In this document: positions 37,600 to 50,089 of the stretch, piece by piece
How the letters are laid out: the number at the start of each line of letters is the position of its first letter
Position numbering within the stretch: the first letter of the stretch is position 1
NCBI RefSeq assembly: GCF_020745735.1
Contig: NC_083435.1
Span: 19,343,231 to 19,407,230, forward strand
Length of the DNA: 64,000 nucleotides
Source: Hemiscyllium ocellatum
Lineage: Eukaryota
Reading direction: 5' to 3'
Notes under the pieces: model-generated
What the model was told of the DNA's origin: nothing
Database searches by the model: none
What the model saw: the letters and a program-made list of their open reading frames with translations, nothing else
Translations under genes and position numbers: made by a program

Positions 37600-39300
37600 T
37601 TTTCCTTTCAAGGGCACACAATCTGTGGTTAACTAAAGAAGTTAAGGAGAACATCAAACAAACGCAAAAACATGCAATTATATAAACGTGAGTGGCAGAT
37701 CAAATTACTGGTCAGAATACAAAGAATGGCAGAAAATGATTGACAAGTTAATCAGAACAAGTAAAGTGAAAAATGAGAGGAAGATAGCTAGAAATATAAA
37801 ATGGTAAAGCAAGAGTTTCTACAGGTATCTAAAAAGGAAAGTTGTAACTGGCTCCTTTGAAAGGCATTAATAGTAGATAATAAAGGAGTGATTGACATAA
37901 TGAAAAATATTTTGTTTCTGTCTTCATTGTAAAAAGGATACATAGAAAATCTCTCACATACCTGTAAATCAAGAGGTGGAAGAGATGCATTATAATCATT
38001 AGGAAAGTGGTAGTGACCAAACTGATAGAGTTGTGGGTTGATAAGTCCAGGGGTAATGATGGACTTCAGATGGTCTTAAAGTTTTAGCTAACGATGCTAT
38101 GGATGCATTGGTGTTAATTTCCAAAAGTAATTAATTCTGAACATGTTTCATGGAAAGTACCAAGCATAACCCCGCTATTCAAGAAGGATGGGTGACAGAA
38201 AACTGTGGACCAGTTAGGTTCATGTCTTTTATGAGAAAGGTGTTAAAATTGATCATTAATTACAATTGTGCTGTTGGAAAATCTCAAGTTAACAGAAAAA
38301 GTCAACATGATTTTGTGAATGGGGAATCCTGTTTAATTTTGAAGGAGTAACATGCACAATGGAGAAAGGGGAGCCAGTTGATCTTACTGTTCTTGAACAT
38401 CCATAGAACATAGAACATAGAAGGATACAGCGCAGTACAGGCCCTTCGGCCCTCGATGTTGCGCCGACCGAATCCTACCTAACCTATACTAGCCCAATAA
38501 CTTCCAAATGCCTATCCAATGCCCGCTTAAATGACCATAAAGAAGGAGAGTTCACCACTGATACGGGCAGGGCATTCCATGAACTCACAACCCATGTCGT
38601 CATGTCGTCACAGTGGCCTAATCATACACCTTCTGAAATCCACACATGACATCCATGGCTTTCCCCCTTTACCTCCTCAAAGAATTCTAGCAAACTTGCC
38701 AGCATAATTTTGCCTTCATGTGACCATACAGACACAGCTTGGTCATATTATGCATTTCTAAATTTTCTGCCACTACATTCTTTATGACAGACTCAAGCAT
38801 TTTGACAATAACAGACTATAAGCAAACTGACTTACAATTACTTGCTTTGGTCTCTTCCCTTTTTTCAACAAAGGCTTGCCAACATTCTGGGAGATTCGGA
38901 GGAATTCTGGAAGAGTGCTGCCAGTCCATCCATTCTCTCTCCAGTTAATTCCTTTAATATACTCTGATGCATCCCATCAGATCCAGGGGACAAGGCGTCT
39001 TTAGCCCCATTCATTTCCTTAGTCCTTTTCTTGTTGTGATAGCTATTATTTTTACTTCCGACCCTCCTTCTCCCCCTTATTTCATCAGTTGGGATGCTGT
39101 TAGTGAAGACTGATGCAGAGTACACATTCTGCTCCTCTGCTATTTCCTGGTTCCCCATTATTATTTCCACAGCCTCATCCTCTTGCAGCCAATGTTTGTT
39201 TGGCATCTCGCTTCCTTTGTAAATATTTAAAGAGGTTCTTGTCATCTGTTATGACATTTTTTGCAAGTTTAAGCTCAATATTTATGTTCTAATTATTATT
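37600..39300. mobile_element. Nested CR1 fragments, including a young 3' end at ~38403-38593
   Basis: ORF2-like sequence, with a (CATAGAA)3 tail and CpG-intact CR1 3' UTR on the - strand. Confidence 0.65.
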
Positions 39301-39302
39301 AG

Positions 39303-39620
39303 GGTGACACAGTGGCTGAGTGGTTAGCACTGCTGCCTTACTTCACTAAGGACCTGAATCAAATCCGGCCATGTTTTCTGTGGCGTTTGCACGTTCTCTA
39401 TGTGGCTGTGTGGTCTTCTTCCGGGTGCTCCGGTTTCCTCCTACAGTCCAAAGATGTGCAAGGTAGGTGGATTGGCCATGCTAAATTGCCCATAGTGTAC
39501 AGAGATGTGCAAGCTAGATGGATTGACCATGAGAAATGCAGGGTTGGAAGCTCATCAGAGGGTTAGTGCAGACTTGATGGGCCAATGGCCTGCTTCCTCA
39601 TGGTTGGGATTCTGTGAAGT
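39303..39620 (+). mobile_element. HE1-type SINE
   Basis: Head cagtggctgagtggttagcactgctgcc plus conserved body. Confidence 0.8.
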
Positions 39621-40073
39621 ACATATTCATGTCATTCTGAAAAGATCATGAGGGTTTCTGCCCCTCAGAAGCTTTCCAGACAATACCATGTCCCTACCAT
39701 CTTCTGGGTGATTAAAAAAAAGCTCCTTCATTGTACTTCTTATCTTACTTCCTCCTGAATAGAGATTGTTCACTGAAGGAAAAAGTGCATGTTGGATGAT
39801 CGACACGTCATTAAGAAACTTCTACTTGGTCTCCTTTGGCATTCTCTATTTCAAAGTAAATATCCTCAACCAATCTTCCTTCATAACTAAAATTCTCCAA
39901 CCAAGTTCTATCCTTGTAATCTCCTCTGTACGGGGCTCAACTGCTCCTTCAGCATCTGCTAATGTGAATTAACACATCTTTATAATGATGAAAAGAGCAT
40001 CAGAGCATCTGCGCAGGTCACCCTGCTATTGTTTCTATTTGAACAGAAATGGAACCATTGTCCAGGTACTTAC

Positions 40074-40367
40074 CAATCACTGTTAGAGTTATCATTCTGG
40101 TCCTCCTCGAGTTCACAATTCTTCTGTAATTGCCCGTGTCTGCCTCGCGCACATCTTTTAGTAACAATGATCCATCTGATTTGTTCAGTTCAACTCTACC
40201 CTCATACGGATCAAATGTGTGTTGATGCCCTTCGTTGTAATCTACAATGGGAAGTGTTTTGCTAGAAGTTGAAAATTCCCAATGGAGACTGCTGAATTCT
40301 TCATCAGTTCCCGGAAATCGAACGGGGGCACCTGTAGCAGCCACCATGCTGTCTTTCAGATGCTGTG
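40074..40367 (-). CDS. Gene B exon 2: Cys-free V-set Ig domain, CD2/SLAM (CD48/CD58-like)
   Basis: Acceptor TTTTCATTTCAG|, donor ATTG|GTAAGT, 294 nt, phase 1-1, open frame. Reads QHLKDSMVAATGAPVRFPG...SLHWEF...YEGRVELNKSDGSLLLKDVREADTGNYRRIVNSRRTRMITLTVI. Confidence 0.9.
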
Positions 40368-41850
40368 CTGAAATGAAAATGAGTCAATCAGAACAAGGCT
40401 ACTGAGGAGATTTAATGGTCACAGAAATAGTCAGAAATGGCAGCAAACTCGCCTCCCCACCCACACTATTTGTCAATTGATATGACTAAAATTGACATTA
40501 ATATGTCATCTTTGTTAGCATTTCCTTGTCAGCTTTTCTCTAATTGTTACCCCAACAAGAGCCTTAATGTCGTCTTAAAAAAAAATAAAATTTAGGTTCA
40601 ATGGATGGGTGTGGTTTGGAATTATTGAAGTGACCTTTCAAAAGCTTTGAGACCTTTGACCCATTTTTGGTGAAAATTATACCATGGAGGTTAAGGGGAG
40701 AGGAGGGAAGAGGGACGGGGGGAGATGGGATGGTTGATTACCCTCCATTTGAAGTTGACCAACTCAGGAGTGCAGCTTCCCTGCACCATTTATCCAGCTC
40801 CGGGGGGAATGGGGCGGGGTGGTGAGAGAGCAGACGGTTATGGGTGGGGAGAATGAGAACAGACCACGCAGTGAAAGAATCAATTTATCCCTCTCGCCAT
40901 CCGCCCCCCCCTCATCCTAGTTTCAAACTTCCATCTCAGCACTGTCCCCATGACTTGTCCGGACTTGTCCTACCTGCCTAGCTCCTTTTCCACCTATCCA
41001 CTCCACCCTCTCCTCCCTGACCTATCACCTTCATCTCCTCCCCCACTCACCCATTGTACTCTATGCTACTCTCTCCCCACCCCCACCCTCCCCAAGCTTA
41101 TCTCTCCACGCTTCAGTCTCTCTGCCTTTATTCCTGATGAAGGGCTTTTGCCTGAAATGCCGATTTCGCTGCTCGTTGGATGTTGCCTGAACTGCTGTGC
41201 TCTTCCAGCACCACTAATCCAGAATCCACCCCCCCCTGCCTATTAGACAATCTGACACTGTAAACTTTGTTTTGAAAGCAGGAACAGAGCGATGTGCTTG
41301 GTGGATGGTGGTTGGGGAAGACAGGAGTTCTATCTCACGCTGAAACAAAACCTGAACTTCGGCTCCAGTTTTTTTTTTGCAACGAGTCTGTTTCTCCGCT
41401 CGAGAATGACCTCACCCTGCTCCATTCCTCTTCCCCTCTCAGTCAGTCCTGATTCCCAGCCAGTGTCTGGGACTGAGCTGTAGGCGCTGGGATATTGAGG
41501 GGCACTCTTAACTCATGCCTCAGCAACACGGTGTGAGTCACGGAGCGGGGGTAGGGATCTGCCCCGGAGATCGTGTCAACTAGACGGGAATGGATCGGAA
41601 AACGTCAGGCGGCTCGAACCGAATCTCAAACTGAGTGGAAATATCATCTTGTTTAAACCCACTCCCAACCCAGTGAACATTCCCACAGACTGGGCGGCTT
41701 CATCACAGACTACAAGATCAAAACATCAAAACTCTTGGCGTTGTCGATTCCCAGATCTCCCCGAGAGCATTTCTCTGTGTCATCGTTTCAGTTTGTTTTC
41801 ATCCGAGTCAGTCACTGTCGGTTTAAAGAGACTGTTAGAGATGGTTTTAC

Positions 41851-41911
41851 CTGAAGCCGAGTGAGAGAGAACTTGTAAAGCGCAAAGGAGAGAAAAGGCA
41901 AACATCTTCAT
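41851..41911 (-). CDS. Gene B exon 1: signal peptide
   Basis: Reads MKMFAFSLLCALQVLSHSAS+G with donor TCAG|GTAAAA in phase 1. Joins the V exon in frame (G|CA = Ala). Confidence 0.82.
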
Positions 41912-41939
41912 CTGTCTGCAGAGCTGGTTCTGACCGTGA

Positions 41940-41958
41940 CAGGAAATAACGGGAAGCA
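41940..41958 (-). promoter_or_regulatory. Paired ETS-like GGAA cores upstream of gene B
   Basis: AGGAAAT and CGGGAAGC on the + strand, 30-45 nt upstream of the ATG. Motif match only. Confidence 0.25.
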
Positions 41959-42429
41959 CGAGAGGGATGGGCCAAATCCTCAAATTACAGGAATTAGAGG
42001 ACTGGCAAGGGAGATGGAGGGAGGTTGGGATGGAAGATCAATCAGGATCTGTACTCAATAGAGAACTGCGGATGGTGGAATGCTGAAGACAAGAGTTCAA
42101 ATGCTACTGCGGCCAAAATGTGTTTGAAGAGAATGGCCAGCACAGTTAGTTGTTTCCTTGTACTGCTGTACAGAGTGCAGGCAGCTGTCTGAAAGGGCGT
42201 TCCAGGATTTTCACCCGGCGACAGTGAAGGAACGAGAGTCGCCTTTTAATTGGTTATTTCTACCATATACAAGTGATACAGTAAAAATGAGACAGAGTTT
42301 CTCCAGGACAGAGGGTGCTACGTTGACAGCACAGATTCCACACTCGTACACGGCATAAAGTGCATAAGAAGTGCAAAACACGCAAGTTACAGCGTTTTCC
42401 TAGCAGCAATTAAAGAATTACAGGTGGGA

Positions 42430-42680
42430 AGGCACCCGATCATACAGCGTTAAAGGAGCGTGAAGTTGTTGCACAGTCTGGCCGCTGTGAGAGCGAGTGC
42501 TCCAGTATCTTCTGCCAGATGGCAGGTGGGAGAAGAGTTTGAGTGAGGGGTGTGGTGTAAATGCAGTAAGGCAATTGGATGGGGGTGGGCGGTGGAAAGA
42601 GACCCCAATGATCTTCGCAGCTGTCCTCAGTGTAAGGGTGGATTTTTAATGGAGTTGTGAACTCACCGTTTAATAAAGTG
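42430..42680 (-). mobile_element. Rex1/Babar- or L2-like LINE 3' fragment
   Basis: Alternative frame reads LFSHLPSGRRYWSTRS, the PSGRRY motif typical of these ORF2 C-termini. Confidence 0.55.
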
Positions 42681-43965
42681 GTCGCGTAGAACCCAAATCC
42701 AATATCCCTGTCCTGATTTTTGATGCCCTGCCTTTCATTGATATGCAATAAACGCATGGATAGTGAGTTTCCACCCTACAATATCGCTCTGCCTCGATAC
42801 ATTGCAGAAGTTGGCAGCTTCCAATGCAACTGCCACAAGCCTTCAGATCCCTCTGCATGCTGTGGTATTCTGTGATTCTCTTCATTTTGACAAGATTCTG
42901 CTTTACCACAGTCACTGTGACACTTCAGTAATAATTTGCCATTTATCTTATTTCTTAATTACCCAGTTCCCTATCCACACTAATGTATCACTTGAAACGT
43001 TGAAAGTTCTTACCTCCAATTCACAAATTGAAGTAAAGAGAATCTAAACTAGTAATTTTATTGGCATATGTTGATGGCCAGCCATTAACTTTTATCATGG
43101 TGTTAAAAATGTACCTACTTTTGATCACTGGTTTCAACTTGCAATGAAATTCAATGGTTATTTTGCAAATGCAGCCATTGTGAATTTCACACAGACTTCA
43201 ATATGAGGCTGTTTCCACAAGGTCAAATCATCCCCGAACATGAAACAATTCACAATTTATGGTATTCTTTATTCCAAATGCAGAATGAATGTCACATTAA
43301 CAATGGTGTCCATCATGCACTTATTACGCCTAACAACATCTCACATAATGTGAAGAAATGCATTGTGGACAATTCTTCAATTTGTCATTGAGCACTATTT
43401 GTCCTTATAAGTTTTCTGTTCTGATACAAAAGTGAGCATTAATTATGTACCCTTCCCCTCACCTCAAACATAATAACTATGATTTTAGAAGTTGCTCACT
43501 TTATCTCAAAATAACTTGCCCAAGCTGATTTTTTTTTGGGACACAGCGACATTTTCCAAAAACATTTCATACTGGTGCCTGCCAATCAATGCTTCATTAT
43601 TTGGTTTGACTTGGATATGACCTTGGGGCAGTGCTAAGGCATCAGATTCATAACCTTTGGTTGCTAACACAACTGTCAGGTAAAATAGTTCCTCTTTATT
43701 CACTCCGTGAAATCCACTCTTAGGATCATCATAAGCTATATTTCTGTCAGTATCAATACGTTGACATATTCTCCAATTTTGGACATTGTTCATGAAACAG
43801 AAAAGGCTGAAACTTAATGGGCGTGCAAACGTATTAGTAATCGAAGAGTGTCACGCTGGAAAAGCACAGCTGATCCAGTACCACACTTTTTGACTCTGAT
43901 CTCCAGCATCTGCAGTTCTCACTTTCGCCCAGAGGTATGAGTAATGCTGACATGAATGAGAAGAT

Positions 43966-44258
43966 GATTAGATTAGACTTACAGTGTGGAAACAGGCCCT
44001 TCGGCCCAACAAGTCCACACCGACCCGCCGAAGCGCAACCCACCCATACCTAACACTACAGGCAATTTAGCATGACCAATTCACCTAACCTGCACATCTT
44101 TGGACTGTGGGAGGAAACCGGAGCACCCGGAGGAAACCCACGCAGACACGGGGAGAACGTGCAAACTCCACACAGTCAGTCGCCTGAGTCGGGAATTGAA
44201 CCCGGGTCTACAGGCGCTGTGAGGCAGCAGTGCTAACCACTGTGCCACCGTGCCGCCC
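43966..44258 (-). mobile_element. HE1-type SINE, full length and young-looking
   Basis: tRNA-like head ggcacagtggttagcactgctgcctcacagc, B box ggttcaattcc, conserved body gtgtggagtttgcacgttctccccgtgtctgcgtgggtttcctccgggtgctccggtttcctcccacagtccaaaga and (TCTAA)n tail. CpGs are retained. Confidence 0.92.
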
Positions 44259-44341
44259 ATAAACTGCGTATTCAATTGAAAACAACTTCATTAAAAATGA
44301 GAAAAAAGATCAAACTACAATTATGAAACATTCAGAATACA

Positions 44342-44376
44342 TTTATTACACTCCAGGATTGCATTGTGCATTTATT
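44342..44376 (-). terminator. Candidate polyadenylation signals of the TRIM gene
   Basis: Two AATAAA on the - strand (TTTATT at 44342-44347 and 44371-44376), about 0.9 kb past the stop. Confidence 0.45.
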
Positions 44377-45232
44377 CATAATACATTTAAAGTTTTTCCA
44401 CAAATCAAAATCTCCATTATATTGCCTCAGTCTGTTCCTTCCAGCATCAATGGCAAGGCTATTAACTATTTAATAAAATACTGTCAAGAGAAGTTTGGCC
44501 ATATTATCCTTTCATGATAAGATGACTTGTGCCTTTTTATATCTGTCGCTACAGTAACATTCATAAATAACTCAATGTTCATTGTGAAACGAAGGCCACA
44601 ACCAGGTAAGCCATAATCTTATTGAAGGGCACGCCATGCTAATAGGGCTAAATGGCTTATTCCAACTTCTAATCGATATATTCCACTCATGGAATTACAG
44701 GGAGGATAAAGTGGGAGGGACAATCCCTGTACTGGTGTGTTTGTTATAGAAACAAGTGCCTGCAACAGAAGAATGGCACCAATGCTGGCTTCCACATGCA
44801 CACCGGATTCCAGAACTTGTATTGTGATTGACGGATCCATCGAGCATCTGTGCAAGGGGAGTTAATTCTGTATATCTGCTGTGTGACTGGTTCCAGTGTA
44901 GAAATTCAGCAGACCCTCTTCCTCCTGCCTCAACCCCAGCTTCGTTATAACATTTAACATCATTAATGGAAAGGTAACAGATGGATAATGCAGATTCAAC
45001 AAATGTGAGTTCCTCCTAGGAACCAGGAGCACCAATGTGAAAATTCCCAACCAGCCAGTCAGGGTCCATTTCACTCCAACCAGCACCTTTAATCCTTAAT
45101 GCCTGGCACCAGCTTATGGAAGAAAAATACCAATCCGAGTTCATATATTTGCCTTAGGTTTTAAAATGACAAGAGAGGTTTCCCTTCAAAGGCCACCACA
45201 GTGTCAAAATCCCACCTCGGTGATAAATTAAT

Positions 45233-45777
45233 TCAGCACTCCATCTCGTTACATATACTCAGTGGCTCTGAATTCCCTTCCTTGTGGTTGTGAGGGTTGA
45301 AGAGAGGATAGAGTTTCACTGTGAACTTGTCCTGTATGGTGTAGATAGGACACAGGTCTTCAGCATCATAAAAGGATAGCTGTCCCTTCTCATAATTCAG
45401 ATAGACACGGATGATGCGGGGCTTGCGTCGGAGGGGGAGGATCTTGGCACCAGACTCATTGACATTGACTAGGTTCCCATTGACCATCTCAATCACCCAG
45501 TAGCCATCTTGTGGCGTCAGGTGTTTAGTTATTGCCCGGTCGGCAATTTCGCTGACCACCCCAATGACACAAGCGGTATTGTTGCCCAGCAATACGTCCC
45601 AATAGTGCTGCCCTGACAGGAAGCCAACATCGGCCAGAACACAGAGCCAGTGGTTAAAGCGATGGGGCACGAATGAAGAGTCCCGACGTTTCTCACCATC
45701 AATCACACTGATGAGATCCTTAGACAGAATGAGTCGTGGATGTGCTGTCTTAGGATCCAGTTTCAGAAATTCTCTGG
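45233..45777 (-). CDS. TRIM/B30.2 gene: terminal PRY/SPRY exon (TRIM39/TRIM35/A33-like class)
   Basis: Acceptor TATCTTGCAG| in phase 1. Reads AREFLKLDPKTAHPRLILS...RFNHWLCVLADVGFLSGQHYWDV...GYWVI...IRVYLNYEKGQLSFYDA...LYPLFNP, open to the stop. Confidence 0.95.
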
Positions 45778-45849
45778 CTGCAAGATACACATCCTTAGTT
45801 AACAGAGACATTCAGTGACTGGACACATTCTTAGGTTCAGCTAGTCTTA

Positions 45850-48800
45850 CCTTGGAGCCGGCAGCAGTCGGAGGGTAGAGACCTGGGAAGCGGTAAGGGG
45901 CTAATCAGCATCTGGTGAGAGTGACCATGAGATTCAATCGAGATATTACAGCCAACCTGTTTAATGACTGGCTATTTGAGTGGTAAGGATAACTCTTTAA
46001 TTTTCTGACTCTAATTAAATAACCTGTCGAATTATGGTTTCTAGTTAATTATTAGTGTGTGTTAGTGAGAATTGCATTTAGTTTTTTTTAGTGGCTAAGG
46101 CTTGGGTAAAAAGGGTGAAGGCCAGTTCCTTCAAGCCGCATGTTCCATCTGTAACATGTGGGAGTTCTTGATTACTGACTGCATCGATGAGCAACATGTG
46201 TGCGGGAGGTGCTGTCAGTACCTCCAACTCAAGTGCCAGGTTGTGGAGCTTGTGCGAGGTCTGGAGGCACTGAGGAACATCCAGGAGAATGAGAGTTAAG
46301 TGGACAGCACGTACAAGACTGTGGTCACCCCACAGCATAAAAGGGTCCAGGAGGGTAGAGAATGGGTGATCATTGCATGCAGCTGTAAGGTGAGGCAGAT
46401 AGTGCAGGAGTCCCCTAAGGCTATCCTAATAGCCGACAAGTACGCAGTTCTGACGACGGGGATAATGCTTCAGGGAATTGTAGCCAAAGCAAAACCCACA
46501 GCATGGTGGGTCATTCAGCTATGCAGAGTGGGACAGAAAGCAGCAGTGAGGACCGCAGTGATAGGAGACTCAATCATCAAAGGAAAGGAGAGGTGTTTCT
46601 GCAGACACTCTACTGCCAACAGAATTGTATAGTGCCTCCTTCGTGCAAGGGTCCTGCAGGTTACTGAGCTGCTGCAGGGCAATTGGGGTGGGTGGCGTTG
46701 ATGTGGGAAGGGAACCAGCCAGTGGTTGTGGTAGACGCTGGTTCCAACAACATAGTTAAAAAGGGAGTTGAGGTCCTGAAGGCTGAAGTTAGGGAGTTAG
46801 GAGCCAGATTGAAAGCCAGAACCTCAAAAGTTAGTAATCTCTGGATTACTACCTGTGCACATGCTTGTGAGGCTAGGATTGGCAGATTAGGCAGTTTAAA
46901 AATGGGAGCTAAGGAGTGGTGTAGGAGGGAGGGCTTTAGATTTCTGAATAGTTGAGACCATTTCAGGGAAGGCAGAACCTATTTAAGACGGACGGTCTTC
47001 ATCCAAACAGTGAAGGGACCAATATTCTTGCAGGCTATTTGCTATCAATATTGGGCGGACTTTAAACAAGCGTGGTGGGGGGATGGGGGATTGGATGAAA
47101 ACCTAACAGGAGGTTCTCAGTGAGCTAGAGTGGGTGAGGGCTTCTGGAAAAAGAGAATCAGGGTATTAAATAAAAAGCAAGAAGAAGCTGAGCAGCATAG
47201 CACTAAGATGAGTGGAAACTAAGTAGTGACAGAAAAAGAGAGAATGTTTGTTTAAAAAGAAGGATTTTCCCGGTGGAGGAGATAGGATATTAAAGATAGA
47301 AAAATTTGCATAATGTCACTTCATCTAAATGTTTGCAGTATTTGAAACAAGGTAAACGAGTTGATGGCACAAACTGTTGCAACTGGGCATAATTCAGTAG
47401 TTATGACAGAACCGTGGTCACGAAGGACAGACACAAAGGAAAGGGGAGGTGGTGTAGCTCTGATATTTAAGGATTACATCAGGGCAGTAGTGGGAGATGA
47501 TTCTATGCAGAAAAAGGTTGAATCAATGTGGGTGGAAATTAGGAATATTAAGGGGAAAAAGTCACTGATAGGTGTAGTCTATGGGCCACCAAATAATATC
47601 ACAGTGGGCAGGCAATAAACAAAGAAATAACTGATGCATCTAAATATGGAATGGCAATTATGGAGACTTTTAATCTACATAGTGAGTATTCAAACCAAGT
47701 CGGTCAAGCCAGCCTTCAGGAGGAGTTCATAGAATGTATACACAATAGTTTCCTCGAACAGTATGTAATGAAACCTATGAGGGAACAAACCATCCTAGAA
47801 TCTGATCCTGTGCAATGTACCAGGAATAATTAGTGATCTCATAGTTATGGGATACTCTTGGAAGGAGTGCTCAAAGATAGAGGGTGAGAAGGTAAAATTC
47901 AAGCCAGTATCAGTATCTTGTGCTTAAACAAAGGAGACTACAATAGGATGAGGAAGGAGTTGGCTAAGGTAGTTTGGGAGCAAAGACTATATGATGGGTC
48001 AATTGAGGAACAGTGGATGACTTTGAAAGCAACTTTTTACAGTGCTCATCAAAAGGATATACACATGAAACGGAAGGATTGCAGGCAAAAGGATAATCAG
48101 CCATAGATGGTTATGGAAATAAATGAGGGTATCAAATTGAAAGTTAAACATTCAAAGTGGCAAAGGTGAATGGGAAACTAGAGGACTGGGAAATCTTTAA
48201 AGGCAGTGTAGCACTGAGATGACTGGAAACTAGGAAACAGAAAAAGAGAGAATGTTTGTTTAAAAAGAAAGATTCTTCTGGTGGAGGAAATAGGATTTTA
48301 AAGATAGAAAAACTTGCATAACAACACTTCACCTAAATGTACACAGTATTTGAAACAAGGTAAAAGATTATGAGAGCAAACTAGCCCTGAATATAAAAAG
48401 ATAGTAAAGATTTCTAAAATATAAAATGAAAAAGAGTGGCTAAAGTAAACATTGGTCCTTTAGCAAACGAGAAGGTGGATGTCATAGTGGGAAATGAGGA
48501 AATGGCTGAGGCCTTGATTGAACTGGTATTGTGTGTCAGTCTTCACAGTGGAAGACACAAATAACATACCACTAATTGATGACAAGCAGGCTATGGCAGA
48601 TGAGGACCTGTACAAGATCATTATCATTAAAGAGGTAGTGTTGGACAAGCTAATGCGACTAAAGGTAGAAAAGTCTCCTGACCCTGATGGAATGCATCCC
48701 AGGGTAATAAAAAGGGGATGGCAGGAGAAATAGCAAGTGGTAATTTACCAAACTTTGCTCAACTCTGGGGTGGTTCCAGCAGATTGGAAAACAGCAAATG

Positions 48801-49960
48801 TGACTCCAGTACTTGAAAAAGTAAACAAAAGATAAGTAACTATGGTCTGTTAACTTAATGTTGTAATAGGGAAAATCTTAAATCTATCATCAGGGAAGAA
48901 CTAGTGAGATATCTAAATAGAAATTGTCCCATTTGGCAGACACAGCATGGATTAATGAAAGGCAGGTCACACTTAACTAATTTACTGGAATTCTTAGAGG
49001 ACATTACAAGTGCAATGGACAACAGGGAACCAGTGGAGGTGGTACAGTTGGATTTCCAGAAGGTATCCGATAAGATACCACACAAAAGGCTGCTGCATAA
49101 GATAAAGGTGCCTGGCATTATGAGTAATGTATTATCATGGATGGAAGATTGGTTAACTAATAGAAAACAAAGAGTAGGGATAAATGTGTGTTTTTGGGTT
49201 GGTGATCAATGGCTAACGGGTATGCCTCAGGGATCAGTGCTGGGACCAAAATTGTTTACAATTTACAAAGATGATTTAGAGTTGGGGACCAAGTGTGGTG
49301 TGGCAACATTCGCAGATGACACTATGATGATTGGCAGAGTCAAGTGTGCAGAGGACACAAAATCTGCAGAGGGATATAGGTATGTCAAATGAGTGGGCAA
49401 GAGTCTGTCAGATGGAGTACAATGTTGGTCAATATGTGGTCATTCATGTGGTCATGTGGGTTGTCCTTCTGCATGAATCACAAAACATTGGTTAGTATGC
49501 GCAGCAGGTAATTAAGAAGGCAAATGGAATATTATCCTTTATTGCGAGAGGGATGGTGTTTAAAGATAGGGAGGTTATGTTTTGATCAAATTACTGCAGA
49601 TGCTGGAATCTGTGCTGAAAACAACAAATGCTGGAGATCACAGCAGGTCAGGCAGCATCCAAGGAGAGGGCAAGTTAACATTTCATGTCTAGATGACTCT
49701 TCATTAGAACTGAAGTGAAGTGTGGAGGGACAGCAGTTGTGCAGACTTCACTTCAGTTCTGATGAATGGTTATCGAGACTCAAAATGTTAGCTTGCTCTC
49801 CTTCCATGGGTGCTACCTGACCAGAGGTTATGCTGCAGCTGCAAAAAGATGCTGGTGAGGCCACAGGAGGAGTACTGTGTACAGTTTTGGATCCTTACTT
49901 GAGATAGGATGTACTGACACTGAAGGTAGTGCAGAGAAGATTCACTAGGTTGATTCTGGA
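45850..49960 (+). mobile_element. Near full-length, decayed CR1 LINE in the last TRIM intron (antisense to TRIM)
   Basis: ORF1 Zn-finger (CSICNMWE...CGRC) and esterase-like motifs (VIGDSIIKG, VVVDAGSNNI). APE endonuclease remnants from ~47330. RT motifs LTNLLEF, LDFQKVSDKIPH, PQGSVLGP and FADDT in 48904-49392. Many stops and frameshifts. Confidence 0.9.
49580..49823. mobile_element. Inverted-repeat insertion with 9-bp target-site duplication inside the CR1
   Basis: Arms ~49646-49721 and ~49745-49822 are reverse complements. GAGGTTATG occurs at 49571-49579 and 49824-49832. Confidence 0.75.
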
Positions 49961-50089
49961 GTTGAGAAGGCTTCTGTCTTATCTATTCCCTTCATAATTT
50001 TACATGTTTCTATAAAATGTGCCCTCACTCTTAAATTCCAAAGTGTATAATCTCTGTTCAGTCAATCTCTCCTTGTAATCCAGGATCAT

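Noticed and set aside
43966-44258. tRNA gene
   Set aside because: The A/B boxes belong to the tRNA-derived head of a SINE; there is no cloverleaf. The same holds for the other SINE heads.
45851-45882. 32-nt exon-like unit just upstream of the PRY/SPRY exon
   Set aside because: It starts in phase 2 and does not fit after the 116-nt exon, which already joins PRY/SPRY in frame. It also lies at the CR1 5' end.
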